From Balanoglossus misakiensis (lineage: Eukaryota > Animalia > Hemichordata), in assembly GCA_040954595.2 (NCBI GenBank), contig CM082586.2, forward strand, positions 10,509,337 to 10,573,336: DNA of 64,000 nucleotides, read 5' to 3'. Below, piece by piece: positions 26,301 to 40,468 of the stretch. A program made the position numbers and the translations under genes. The stretch's first letter is position 1, and every line of letters starts with the position of its first letter. The notes under the pieces were generated by a model. It searched no databases. It saw nothing but the letters and a program-made list of their open reading frames with translations, and was not told the DNA's origin.

Positions 26301-29300
26301 AGAATTTTGTAAACAAACGAGGATGTGTTTGGAAGCAACCATGGAAATTTTAGAACTATCCGTCGATATACAGAGTCTAGTGGAAAACGTTCATATGCGC
26401 ATAGGCCTCTCTATGTGTTCTGCGCATCACAACAGAATTTTGTAAACAAACGATGCTTTGTTTGGAAGCAACCATGGAAATTTTAGAACTATCCGTCGAT
26501 CTACGGAGTCTAGTGGAAAAATTTCTTATGCGCATAGGCATATGTATGTGTTCTACGCATCACAACAGAATTCGGTAAATAAACGAGGCTGTTTGGAAAC
26601 AACCATGGAAATTTTACAACTATCCGTCGATCTACAGAGTCTGGTGGAAAAGTCTCTTATGCGCATAGGCCTATTACGTGTTCTGCGCCTCACAACAGAA
26701 TTCGGTAAATAAAAGAGGCTGTTTGGAAGCAACCATGGAAATTTTAGAACTATCCGTCGATCTACAGAGTCTAGTGAAAAACGTTCTTATGCGCATAGGC
26801 CTATCTATGTATTATGCGCATCACAACAGAAATCGCTAAATAAACGAGGCTGTATTTGGAAGCAACCATGTAAATTTTACAACTATCCGTCGATCTACGG
26901 AGTCTAGTGGAAAACGTTCTTATGCGCATAGGCCTATCTATGTATTATGCGCATCACAACAGAATTTTGTAAACAAACGAGGATGTGTTTGGAAGCAACC
27001 ATGGAAATTTTAGAACTATCCGTCGATATACAGAGTCTAGTGGAAAACGTTCATATGCGCATAGGCCTCTCTATGTGTTCTGCGCATCACAACAGAATTT
27101 TGTAAACAAACGATGCTTTGTTTGGAAGCAACCATGGAAATTTTAGAACTATCCGTCGATCTACGGAGTCTAGTGGAAAAATTTCTTATGCGCATAGGCA
27201 TATGTATGTGTTCTACGCATCACAACAGAATTCGGTAAATAAACGAGGCTGTTTGGAAACAACCATGGAAATTTTACAACTATCCGTCGATCTACAGAGT
27301 CTGGTGGAAAAGTCTCTTATGCGCATAGGCCTATTACGTGTTCTGCGCCTCACAACAGAATTCGGTAAATAAAAGAGGCTGTTTTGAAGCAACCATGGAA
27401 ATTTTAGAACTATCCGTCGATCTACAGAGTCTAGTGAAAAACGTTCTTATGCGCATAGGCCTATCTATGTATTATGCGCATCACAACAGAAATCGCTAAA
27501 TAAACGAGGCTGTATTTGGAAGCAACCATGTAAATTTTACAACTATCCGTCGATCTACGGAGTCTAGTGGAAAAATTTCTTATGCGCATAGGCATATGTA
27601 TGTGTTCTGCGTCTCACAACAGAATTCTGTAAATAAACGAGGCTGTTTGGAAGCAACCATGGAAATTTTAGAACTATCCGTCGATCTACAGAGTATAGTG
27701 GAAAACGTTCATATGCGCATAGGCCTATCTATGTGTTCTGCGCATCACAACAGAATTTTGTAAACAAACGATGCTTTGTTTGGAAGCAACCATGGAAATT
27801 TTAGAACTATCCGTCGATCTACGGAGTCTAGTGGTAAAATTTCTTATGCGCATAGGCATATGTATGTATTCTACGCATCACAACAGAATTCGGTAAATAA
27901 ACGAGGCTGTTTGGAAGCAACCATGGAAATTTTAGAACTATCCGTCGATCTACAGAGTCTACTGGAAAACGTTCTTATGCGCATAGGCCTATCTATGTAT
28001 TATGCGCATCACAACATAATTTTGTAAACAAACGAGGATGTGTTTGGAAGCAACCATGGAAATTTTAGAACTATCCGTCGATATACAGAGTCTAGTGGAA
28101 AACTTTCTTATGCGCATAGGCCTCTCTATGTGTTCTGCGCATCACAACAGAATTTTGTAAACAAACGATGCTTTGTTTGGAAGCAACCATGGAAATTTTA
28201 GAACTATCCGTCGATCTACGGAGTCTAGTGGAAAAATTTCTTATGCGCAAAGGCATATGTATGTGTTCTACGCATCACAACAGAATTCGGTAAATAAACG
28301 AGGCTGTTTGGAAACAACCATGGAAATTTTACAACTATCCGTCGATCTACAGAGTCTGGTGGAAAAGTTTCTTTTGCGCATAGGCCTATTACGTGTTCTG
28401 CGCCTCACAACAGAATTCGGTAAATAAACGAGGCTGTTTGGAAGCAACCATGGAAATTTTAGAACTATCCGTCGATCTACAGAGTCTAGTCGAAAACGTT
28501 CTTATGCGCATAGGCCTATCTATGTATTATGCGCATCACAACAGAAACCGCTAAATAAACGAGGCTGTATTTGGAAGCAACCATGTAAATTTTACAACTA
28601 TCCGTCGATCTACAGAGTCTGGTGGAAAACTTTCTTATGCGCATAGGCCTATTACGTGTTCTGCGCCTCACAACAGAATTCGGTAAATAAACGAGGCTGT
28701 TTGGAAGCAACCATGGAAATTTTAGAACTATCCGTCGATCTACAGAGTCTAGTCGAAAACGTTCTTATGCGCATAGGCCTATCTATGTATTATGCGCATC
28801 ACAACAGAAACCGCTAAATAAACGAGGCTGTATTTGGAAGCAACCATGTAAATTTTACAACTATCCGTCGATCTACAGAGTCTGGTGGAAAACTTTCTTA
28901 TGCGCATAGGCCTATTACGTGTTCTGCGCCTAACAACAGAATTCGGTAAATAAACGAGGCTGTTTGGAAGCAACCATGGAAATTTTAGAACTATCCGTCG
29001 ATCTACAGAGTCTAATGGAAAAATGTCTTATGCGCATAGGCCTATCATGTGTTCTGCGCCTCACAACAGAATTCCGTAAATAAACGAGGCTGTTTGGAAG
29101 CAACCGTGGAAATTTTAGAACTATCTCTCGATCTACAGAGTATAGTGGAAAACTTTCATATGCGCATAGGCCTATCTATGTGTTATGCGCCTCACAACAG
29201 AATTCCGTAAATAAACGAGGCTGTTTGGAAGCAAACATGGAAATTTTAGAACTATCTGTCGATCTACAGAGTATAGTGGAAAACGTTCATATGCGCATAG

Positions 29301-32300
29301 GCCTATCTATGTGTTATGCGCATCACAACAGAATTTTGTAAACAAACGAAGCGGAGTTTGGAAGCAACCATGGAAATTTTAGAACTATCTCTCGATCTAC
29401 AGAGTATAGTGGAAAACGTTCATTTGCGCATAGGCCTATCTATGTGTTCTGCGCGTCACAACAGAATTTTGTAAACAAACGATGCTTTGTTTGGAAGCAA
29501 CCATGGAAATTTAAGAACTATCCATCGATCTACAGAGTCTATAGTGGAAAACTTTCTTATGCACATATGCCTATCTATGTGTTCTGCGCCTCAAAACAGA
29601 ATTCCGTAAATAAAAGAGGCTGTTTGGAAGCAAACATGGAAATTCAAGAACTATCTCTCGATCTACAGAGTATAGTGGAAAACGTTCATATGCGCATAGG
29701 CCTATCATGTGTTATGCACATCACAACAGAATTTTGTAAACAAACGAGGCTTTGTTTGGAAGCAACAATGGAAATTTTAGAACTATCTGTCGATCTACTG
29801 AGTATAGTGGAAAACGTTCATATGCGCATAGGCCTATATATGTGTTCTGCGCATCACAACAGAATTTTGTAAACAATCGAGGATGTGTTTGGAAGCAACA
29901 ATGGAAATTTTAGAACTATCCGTCGATCTACGGAGTATAGTGGAAAACGTTCATATGCGCATAGGCCTATATATGTGTTCTGCGCATCACAACAGAATTT
30001 TGTAAACAAACGAGGCTTTGTTTGGAAGCAACAATGGAAATTTTAGAACTATCTCTCGATCTACAGAGTATAGTGGAAAACGTTCTTATGCGCATAGGCC
30101 TCTCTATGTGTTCTGCGCATCACAACAGAATTTTGTAAACAAACGATGCTTTGTTTGGAAGCAACCATGGAAATTTTAGAACTATCCGTCGATCTACGGA
30201 GTCTAGTGGAAAAATTTCTTATGCGCATAGGCATATGTATGTGTTCTACGCATCACAACAGAATTCGGTAAATAAACGAGGCTGTTTGGAAACAACCATG
30301 GAAATTTTACAACTATCCGTCGATCTACAGAGTCTGGTGGAAAAGTTTCTTATGCGCATAGGCCTATTACGTGTTCTGCGCCTCACAACAGAATTCGGTA
30401 AATAAACGAGGCTGTTTGGAAGCAACCATGGAAATTTTAGAACTATCCGTCGATCTACAGAGTCTAGTGGAAAACGTTCTTATGCGCATAGGCCTATCTA
30501 TGTATTATGCGCATCACAACATAATTTTGTAAACAAACGAGGATGTGTTTGGAAGCAACCATGGAAATTTTAGAAATATCCGTCGATATACAGAGACTAG
30601 TGGAAAACGTTCTTATGCGCATAGGCCTCTCTATGTGTTCTGCGCATCACAACAGAATTTTGTAAACAAACGATGCTTTGTTTGGAAGCAACCATGGAAA
30701 TTTTAGAACTATCTGTCGATCTACGGAGTCTAGTGGAAAAATTTCTTATGCGCATAGGCATATGTATGTGTTCTACGCATCACAACAGAATTTGGTAAAT
30801 AAACGAGGCTGTTTGGAAGCAACCATGGAAATTTTAGAACTATCCGTCGATCTACAGAGTCTAGTGGAAAACGTTCTTATGCGCATAGGCCTATCTATGT
30901 ATTATGCGCATCACAACAGAAATCGCTAAATAAACGAGGCTGTATTTGGAAGCAACCATGTAAATTTTACAACTATCCGTCGATCTACAGAGTCTGGTGG
31001 AAAACTTTCTTATGCGCACAGGCCTATTACGTGTTCTGCGCCTAACAACAGAATTCCGTAAATAAACGAGGCTGTTTGGAAGCAACAATGGAAATTTTAG
31101 AACTATCCGTCGATCTACGGAGTATAGTGGAAAACGTTCATATGCGCATAGGCCTATATATGTGTTCTGCGCATCACAACAGAATTTTGTAAACAAACGA
31201 GGCTTTGTTTGGAAGCAACAATGGAAATTTTAGAACTATCTCTCGATCTACAGAGTATAGTGGAAAACGTTCTTATGCGCATAGGCCTCTCTATGTGTTC
31301 TGCGCATCACAACAGAATTTTGTAAACAAACGATGCTTTGTTTGGAAGCAACCATGGAAATTTTAGAACTATCCGTCGATCTACGGAGTCTAGTGGAAAA
31401 ATTTCTTATGCGCATAGGCATATGTATGTGTTCTACGCATCACAACAGAATTCGGTAAATAAACGAGGCTGTTTGGAAACAACCATGGAAATTTTACAAC
31501 TATCCGTCGATCTACAGAGTCTGGTGGAAAAGTTTCTTATGCGCATAGGCCTATTACGTGTTCTGCGCCTCACAACAGAATTCGGTAAATAAACGAGGCT
31601 GTTTGGAAGCAACCATGGAAATTTTAGAACTATCCGTCGATCTACAGAGTCTAGTGGAAAACGTTCTTATGCGCATAGGCCTATCTATGTATTATGCGCA
31701 TCACAACATAATTTTGTAAACAAACGAGGATGTGTTTGGAAGCAACCATGGAAATTTTAGAACTATCCGTCGATATACAGAGACTAGTGGAAAACGTTCT
31801 TATGCGCATAGGCCTCTCTATGTGTTCTGCGCATCACAACAGAATTTTGTAAACAAACGATGCTTTGTTTGGAAGCAACCATGGAAATTTTAGAACTATC
31901 CGTCGATCTACGGAGTCTAGTGGAAAAATTTCTTATGCGCATAGGCATATGTATGTGTTCTACGCATCACAACAGAATTTGGTAAATAAACGAGGCTGTT
32001 TGGAAGCAACCATGGAAATTTTAGAACTATCCGTCGATCTACAGAGTCTAGTGGAAAACGTTCTTATGCGCATAGGCCTATCTATGTATTATGCGCATCA
32101 CAACAGAAATCGCTAAATAAACGAGGCTGTATTTGGAAGCAACCATGTAAATTTTACAACTATCCGTCGATCTACAGAGTCTGGTGGAAAACTTTCTTAT
32201 GCGCACAGGCCTATTACGTGTTCTGCGCCTAACAACAGAATTCGGTAAATAAACGAGGCTGTTTGGAAGCAACCATGGAAATTTAAGAACTATCCGTCGA

Positions 32301-35300
32301 TCTACAGAGACTATAGTGGAAAAATGTTTTATGCGCATAGGCCTATCATGTGTTATGCACATCACAACAGAATTTTGTAAAGAAACGAGGCTTTGTTTGG
32401 AAGCAACAATTGAAATTTTAGAACTATCTCTCGATCTACGGAGTATAGTGGAAAACGTTCATATGCGCATAGGCCTATCTATGTGTTCTGAGCATCACAA
32501 CAGAATTTTGTAAACAATCGAGGATGTGTTTGGAAGCAATCATGGAAATTTTAGAACAATCCGTCGATCTACAGAGTCTAGTGGGAAACTTTCTTATGCG
32601 CATAGGCATATGTATGTGTTCAGCGCATCACAACAGAATTTTGTAAATGAACGAGGCTGTGTTTGGAAACAACCATGGAAATTTTAGAACTTTCTCTCGA
32701 TCTACAGAGTCTAGTGGAAAACGTTCTTATGCGCATAGGCGTATCTATGTGTTATGCGCATCACAACAGAAATCGGTAAATAAACGAGGCTGTATTTGGA
32801 AGCAACCATGTAAATTTTACAACTATCCGTCGATCTACAGAGTTTGGTGGAAAACTTTCTTATGCGCATAGGCCTATTACGTGTTCTGCGCCTAACAACA
32901 GAATTCGGTAAATAAACGAGGCTGTTTGGAAACAACCATGGAAATTTTAGAACTATCCGTCGATCTACAGAGTCTAGTGGAAAAACGTTCATGTGCGCAT
33001 AGGCCTATCATGTGTTATGCACATCACAACAAAATTTTGTAAACAAACGAGGCTTTGTTTGGAAGCAACAATGGAAATTTTAGAACTATCTGTCGATCTA
33101 CGGAGTATAGTGGAAAACGTTCATATGCGCATAGGCCTATATATGTGTTCTGCGCATCACAACAGAATTTTGTAAACAATCGAGGATGTGTTTGGAAGCA
33201 ATCATGGAAATTTTAGAACTATCCGTCGATCTACAGAGTCTATAGTGGAAAACTTTCTTATGCACATATGCCTATCTATGTGTTCTGCGCCTCAAAACAG
33301 AATTCCGTAAATAAACGAGGCTGTTTGGAAGCAAACATGGAAATTCTAGAACTATCTCTCGATCTACAGAGTCTAGTGGAAAACGTTCATATATGCGCAT
33401 AGGCCTATCATGTGTTATGCACATCACAACAGAATTTTGTAAACAAACGAGGCTTTGTTTGGAAGCAACAATGGAAATTTTAGAACTATCTGTCGATCTA
33501 CGGAGTATAGTGGAAAACGTTCATATGCGCATAGGCCTATATATGTGTTCTGCGCATCACAACAGAATTTTGTAAACAATCGAGGCTTTGTTTGGAAGCA
33601 ACAATGGAAATTTTAGAACTATCTGTCGATCTACGGAGTATAGTGGAAAACGTTCATATGCGCATAGGCCTATATATGTGTTCTGCGCATCACAACAGAA
33701 TTTTGTAAACAAACGAGGCTTTGTTTGGAAGCAACAATGGAAATTTTAGAACTATCTCTCGATCTACAGAGTATAGTGGAAAACGTTCTTATGCGCATAG
33801 GCCTATCATGTGTTATGCACATCACAACAGAATTTTGTAAACAATCGAGGATGTGTTTGGAAGCAATCATGGAAATTTTAGAACTATCCGTCGATCTACA
33901 GAGTCTAGTGGGAAACTTTCTTATGCGCATAGGCATATGTATGTGTTCAGCGCATCACAACAGAATTTTGTAAATGAACGAGGCTGTGTTTGGAAACAAC
34001 TATGGAAATTTTAGAACTATCTCTCGATCTACAGAGTCTAGTGTAAAACTTTATTATGCACATAGGCCTATCTATGTATTATGCGCATCACAACAGAAAT
34101 CGCTAAATAAACGAGGCTGTATTTGGAAGCAACCATGTAAATTTTACAACTATCCGTCGATCTACAGAGTCTGGTGGAAAACTTTCTTATGCGCATAGGC
34201 CTATTACGTGTTCTGCGCCTAACAACAGAATTCGGTAAATAAACGAGGCTGTTTGGAAGCAACCATGGAAATTTTTGAACTATCCGTCGATCTACAGAGT
34301 CTAGTGGAAAAATGTCTTATGCGCATAGGCCTATCGTGTGTTCTGCGCCTCACAACATAATTCCGTAAATAAACGAGGCTGTTTGGAAGCAACCGTGGAA
34401 ATTTTAGAACTATCTCTCGATCTACAGAGTATAGTGGAAAACGTTCATATGCGCATAGGCCTATCATGTGTTATGCACATCACAACATAATTTTGTAAAC
34501 AAACGAGGCTTTGTTTGGAAGCAACAATGAAAATTTTAGAACTATCTGTCGATCTACGGAGTATAGTGGAAAACGTTCATATGCGCATAGGCCTATATAT
34601 GTGTTCTGCGCATCACAACAGAATTTTGTAAACAATCGAGGCTTTGTTTGGAAGCAACAATGGAAATTTTAGAACTATCTGTCGATCTACGGAGTATAGT
34701 GGAAAACGTTCATATGCGCATAGGCCTATATATGTGTTCTGCGCATCACAACAGAATTTTGTAAACAAACGAGGCTTTGTTTGGAAGCAACAATGGAAAT
34801 TTTAGAACTATCTCTCGATCTACTGAGTATAGTGGAAAACGTTCATATGCGCATAGGCCTATCATGTGTTATGCACATCACAACATAATTTTGTAAACAA
34901 ACGAGGCTTTGTTTGGAAGCAACCGTGGAAATTTTAGAACTATCTCTCGATCTACAGAGTATAGTGGAAAACGTTCATATGCGCATAGGCCTATCATGTG
35001 TTATGCACATCACAACATAATTTTGTAAACAAACGAGGCTTTGTTTGGAAGCAACCGTGGAAATTTTAGAACTATCTCTCGATCTACAGAGTATAGTGGA
35101 AAACGTTCATATGCGCATATGCTATCATGTGTTATGCACATCACAACATAATTTTGTAAACAAACGAGGCTTTGTTTGGAAGCAACATTGGAAATTTTAG
35201 AACTATCTGTCGATCTACGGAGTATAGTGGAAAACGTTCATATGCGCATAGGCCTATATATGTGTTCTGCGCATCACAACAGAATTTTGTAAATGAACGA

Positions 35301-38300
35301 GGCTGTGTTTGGAAACAACCATGGAAATTTTAGAACTACCTCTCGATCTACAGTGTATAGTGGAAAACGTTCATATGCGCATAGGCCTATCATGTGTTAT
35401 GCACATCACAACATAATTTTGTAAACAAACGAGGCTTTGTTTGGAAGCAACCGTGGAAATTTTAGAACTATCTCTCGATCTACAGAGTATAGTGGAAAAC
35501 GTTCATATGCGCATAGGCCTATATATGTGTTCTGCGCATCACAACATAATTTTGTAAACAATCGAGGATGTGTTTGGAAGCAATCATGGAAATTTTAGAA
35601 CTATCCGTCGATCTACAGAGTCTAGTGGGAAACTTTCTTATGCGCATAGGCATATGTATGTGTTCAGCGCATCACAACAGAATTTTGTAAATGAACGAGG
35701 CTGTGTTTGGAAACAACCATGGAAATTTTAGAACTATCTCTCGATCTACAGAGTCTAGTGGAAAACTTTATTATGCACATTTGCCTATCTATGTATTATG
35801 CGCATCACAACAGAAATCGCTAAATAAACGAGGCTGTATTTGGAAGCAACCATGTAAATTTTACAACTATCCGTCGATCTACAGAGTTTGGTGGAAAACT
35901 TTCTTATGCGCATAGGCCTATTACGTGTTCTGCGCCTAACAACAGAATTCGGTAAATAAACGAGGCTGTTTGGAAGCAACCATGGAAATTTTAGAACTAT
36001 CTCTCGATCTACAGTGTATAGTGGAAAACGTTCATATGCGCATAGGCCTATCATGTGTTATGCACATCACAACATAATTTTGTAAACAAACGAGGCTTTG
36101 TTTGGAAGCAACATTGGAAATTTTAGAACTATCTGTCGATCTACGGAGTATAGTGGAAAACGTTCATATGCGCATAGGCCTATATATGTGTTCTGCGCAT
36201 CACAACAGAATTTTGTAAACAATCGAGGATGTGTTTGGAAGCAATCATGGAAATTTTAGAACTATCCGTCGATCTACAGAGTCTAGTGGGAAACTTTCTT
36301 ATGCGCATAGGCATATGTATGTGTTCAGCGCATCACAAAAGAATTTTGTAAATGAACGAGGCTGTGTTTGGAAACAACCATGGAAATTTTAGAACTATCT
36401 CTCGATCTACAGAGTCTAGTGGAAAACTTTATTATGCACATAGGCCTATTACGTGTTCTGCGCATCACAACAGAAATCGGTAAATAAACGAGGCTGTATT
36501 TGGAAGCAACCATGTAAATTTTACAACTATCCGTCGATCTACAGAGTCTGGTGGAAAACTTTCTTATGCGCATAGGCCTATTACGTGTTCTGCGCCTCAC
36601 AACAGAAATCGGTAAATAAACGAGGCTGTTTGGAAGCAACCATGTAAATTTTAGAACTATCCGTCGATCTACAGAGTCTAGTGGAAAAACGTTCATGTGC
36701 GCATAGGCCTATCATGTGTTATGCACATCACAACAGAATTTTGTAAACAAACGAGGCTTTGTTTGGAAGCAACAATGGAAATTTTAGAACTATCTGTCGA
36801 TCTACGGAGTATAGTGGAAAACGTTCATATGCGCATAGGCCTATATATGTGTTCTGCGCATCACAACAGAATTTTGTAAACAATCGAGGATGTGTTTGGA
36901 AGCAATCATGGAAATTTTAGAACTATCCGTCGATCTACAGAGTCTAGTGGGAAACTTTATTATGCGCATAGGCCTATTACGTGCTCTGCGCCTCACAACA
37001 GAATTCGGTAAATAAACGAGGCTGTTTGGAAGCAACCATGGAAATTTTAGAACTATCCGTCGATCTACAGAGTCTAGTGGAAAAATGTCTTATGCGCATA
37101 GGCCTATCATGTGTTCTGCGCCTCACAACAGAAATCGGTAAATAAACGAGGCTGTTTGGAAGCAACCATGGAAATTGTACAACTATCTGTCGATCTACAT
37201 AGTCTAGTGGAAAACGTTCTTATGCGCATAGGCCTATCTATGTGTTATGCGCATCACAACAGAAATCGGTAAATAAACGAGGCTGTATTTGGAAGCAATC
37301 ATGAAATTTTACAACTATCCGTCGATCTACAGAGTCTGGTGGAAAACTTCCTTATGCGCATAGACCTATTACGTGTTCTGCGCCTCACAACAGAATTCGG
37401 TAAATAAACGATGCTGTTTGGAAGCAACCATGGAAATTGTACAACTATCCGTCGATCTACAGAGTCTAGTGGAAAACGTTCTTATGCGCATAGGCCTATC
37501 TATGTGTTATGCGCATCACAACAGAAATCGGTAAATAAACGAGGCTGTGTTTGGAAGCATCCATGGACATTTTAGAACTATCTCTCGATCTACAGAGTCT
37601 ATAGTGGAAAACTTTCTTATGCACATATGCCTATCTATGTGTTCTGCGCCTCACAACAGAAATCGGTAAATAAACGAGGCTGTTTAAAAGCAACCATGGA
37701 AATTTTACAGCTATCCGTCGATCTACAGAGTCTAGTGGAAACGTTCTTATGCGCATAGGCCTATATATGTGTTCTGCGTATCACAACAGAATTTTGTAAA
37801 CAAACGAGGCTGTGTTTGGAAGCAACCATGGACATTTTAGAACTATCTCTCGATCTACAGAGTCTATAGTGGAAAACTTTCTTATGCACATATGCCTATC
37901 TATGTGTTCTGCGCCTCACAACAGAATTCGGTAAATAAACGAGGCTGTTTGGAAGCAACCATGGAAATTTTACAACTATCCGTCGATCTACAGAGTCTAG
38001 TGGAAAACGTTATTATGCGCATAGGCCTATATATGTGTTCTGCGCATCACAACAGAATTTTGTAAACAAACGAGGCTGTGTTTGGAAGCAACCATGGAAA
38101 TTTTAGAACTATCTCTCGATCTACAGAGTCTAGTGGAAAACTTTATTATGCACATATGCCTATCTATGTGTTCTGCGCATCACAACAGAAATCGGTAAAT
38201 AAACGAGGCTGTTTGGAAGCAACCATGGAAATTTTACAACTATCCGTCGATCTACAGAGTCTAGTGGAAAAATGTCTTATGCGCATAGGCCTATCATGTG

Positions 38301-39805
38301 TTCTGTGCCTCACAACAGAAATAGGTAAATAAACGAGGCTGTTTGGAAGCAACCATGGAAATTGTACAACTATCCGTCGATCTACAGAGTCTAGTGGAAA
38401 ACGTTCTTATGCGCATAGGCCTATCTATGTGTTATGCGCATCACAACAGAAATCGGTAAATAAACGAGGCTGTGTTTGGAAGCAACCATGGAAATTTTAG
38501 AACTATCTCTCGATCTACAGAGTCTAGTGGAAAACTTTATTATGCACATATGCCTATCTATGTGTTCTGCGCATCACAACAGAAATCGGTAAATAAACGA
38601 GGCTGTTTGGAAGCAACCATGGAAATTTTACAACTATCCGTCGATCTACAGAGTCTAGTGGAAAAATGTCTTATGCGCATAGGCCTATCATGTGTTCTGT
38701 GCCTCACAACAGAAATAGGTAAATAAACGAGGCTGTTTGGAAGCAACCATGGAAATTGTACAACTATCCGTCGATCTACAGAGTCTAGTGGAAAACGTTC
38801 TTATGCGCATAGGCCTATCTATGTGTTATGCGCATCACAACAGAAATCGGTAAATAAACGAGGCTGTATTTGGAAGCAACCATGAAATTTTACAACTATC
38901 CGTCGATCTACAGAGTCTGGTGGAAAACTTCCTTATGCGCATAGACCTATTACGTGTTCTGCGCCTCACAACAGAATTCGGTAAATAAACGAGGCTGTTT
39001 GGAAGCAACCATGGACATTGTACAACTATCCGTCGATCTACAAAGTCTAGTGGAAAACGTTCTTATGCGCATAGGCCTATCTATGTGTTATGCGCATCAC
39101 AACAGAAATCGCTAAATAAACGAGGCTGTATTTGGAAGCAACCATGAAATTTTACAACTATCTGTCGATCTACGGAGTATAGTGGAAAACGTTCATATGC
39201 GCATAGGCCTATATATGTGTTCTGCGCATCACAACAGAATTTTGTAAACAATCGAGGATGTGTTTGGAAGCAATCATGGAAATTTTAGAACTATCCGTCG
39301 ATCTACAGAGTCTAGTGGGAAACTTTCTTATGCGCATAGGCATATGTATGTGTTCAGCGCATCACAACAGAATTTTGTAAATGAACGAGGCTGTGTTTGG
39401 AAACAACCATGGAAATTTTAGAACTATCTCTCGATCTAAAGTTGAAAAGTTTCTTATGCGCATAGGCCTATTACGTGTTCTGCGCCTCACAACAGAATTC
39501 GGTAAATAAACGAGGCTGTTTGGAAGCAACAATGGAAATTTTAGAACTATCCGTCGATCTACGGAGTATAGTGGAAAACGTTCATATGCGCATAGGCCTA
39601 TATATGTGTTCTGCGCATCACAACAGAATTTTGTAAACAATCGAGGATGTGTTTGGAAGCAATCATGGAAATTTTAGAACTATCCGTCGATCTACAGAGT
39701 CTAGTGGGAAACTTTCTTATGCGCATAGGCATATGTATGTGTTCAGCGCATCACAACAGAATTTTGTAAATGAACGAGGCTGTGTTTGGAAACAACCATG
39801 GAAAT
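17390..39805. repeat. 130-133-bp satellite array, left arm (about 170 monomers)
   Basis: Monomer TGGAAGCAACCATGGAAATTTTAGAACTATCCGTCGATCTACAGAGTCTAGTGGAAAACGTTCTTATGCGCATAGGCCTATCTATGTGTTCTGCGCATCACAACAGAATTTTGTAAACAAACGAGGATGTGTT, starting at 17390, 17523, 17656 and so on. Confidence 0.98.
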
Positions 39806-39972
39806 TGTAACGGCCTTGTTGATCCATTGAATTTGTATACATGTATATCTGTATGTATGTTATACCTGTATCTTATAGTAATTAGTTATTCAATTATTCA
39901 TATGACGTAATAGTACTTACCTTCAATTGGTTGATCTTAATTATATGCAAACCACCTGGAAGTTTCATTTGA

Positions 39973-40049
39973 CCAATGAACACAAGCTAATCTGGCACTA
40001 TGATGTAATTGCTGATATAAAAGGACATGGTGCATAAAATTGGTCAGTT
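39973..40049 (+). promoter_or_regulatory. LTR Pol II core promoter: CCAAT, TATA, Inr
   Basis: CCAAT 39973-39977, TATAAAAG 40016-40023 and Inr-like TCAGTT 40044-40049, with its A (40046) exactly 30 bp after the TATA T. Confidence 0.75.
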
Positions 40050-40364
40050 CACCTCTGTAGCCAGACCGGCCACACACGTTGGAACTGACATGTATTTGTT
40101 CCATTTCAGGTTAGTTTCCTTGTACCTTACCTGTTGCTTGAAGCTTTGTATTTTGGTGCATTCTACCGACTCATTTCAGCACAAGTAATTGGTGTCTTTA
40201 ACTTGCGTCAATTTTCCAATTGTATGTCTATATTTTTCACTTGCATGAATTTTGGTGTATTCTGTTGGAGGTGAACTCCCATACATGTGTGTAATTTAGC
40301 AGTTCACCTCTGTAGCCAGACCGGCCACACACGTTGGAACTGACATGTATTTGTTCCATTTCAG
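40045..40364 (+). repeat. Intra-LTR perfect 65-bp direct repeat (40045-40109 and 40300-40364) bracketing a putative GT-AG intron (40110-40364)
   Basis: CAGTTCACCTCTGTAGCCAGACCGGCCACACACGTTGGAACTGACATGTATTTGTTCCATTTCAG occurs twice. Copy 1 is followed by GTTAGT, copy 2 by TTATTAAA. Same arrangement at 47461-47525 and 47716-47780. The repeat is certain; the intron is inferred. Confidence 0.9.
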
Positions 40365-40449
40365 TTATTAAATGTAAGGCCTATGTCTTTGTTACCCGTA
40401 ACCTGTTTGGTGTGAATATGTTGGAATGAACGGCGACAACCGTGACAAA

Positions 40450-40468
40450 TGGCGTAGTCGGCAGGATT
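40450..40468 (+). promoter_or_regulatory. Primer binding site complementary to the tRNA-Ser 3' end
   Basis: TGGCGTAGTCGGCAGGATT, 2 nt after the LTR. Its reverse complement AATCCTGCCGACTACGCCA matches the 3' end (with CCA) of animal tRNA-Ser(AGA/TGA type) as I recall it. Confidence 0.9.

Larger units (their letters stand above)
39806..40447 (+). repeat. 5' LTR (642 bp)
   Basis: TGTAACGG...CCGTGACA (7/8 inverted termini). Matches 47222-47863 except for one T/A difference seen (GTCAATTTTCC vs GTCAATATTCC). Confidence 0.98.

Noticed and set aside
40110-40299. Shorter 190-nt intron ending at the TAG before repeat copy 2
   Set aside because: Weak pyrimidine tract and probably inside a hairpin; the acceptor at 40364 is much stronger. 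Not excluded as a minor form.
40450-40468. tRNA gene
   Set aside because: Only a 19-nt complement of a tRNA 3' end including CCA; it is a PBS.
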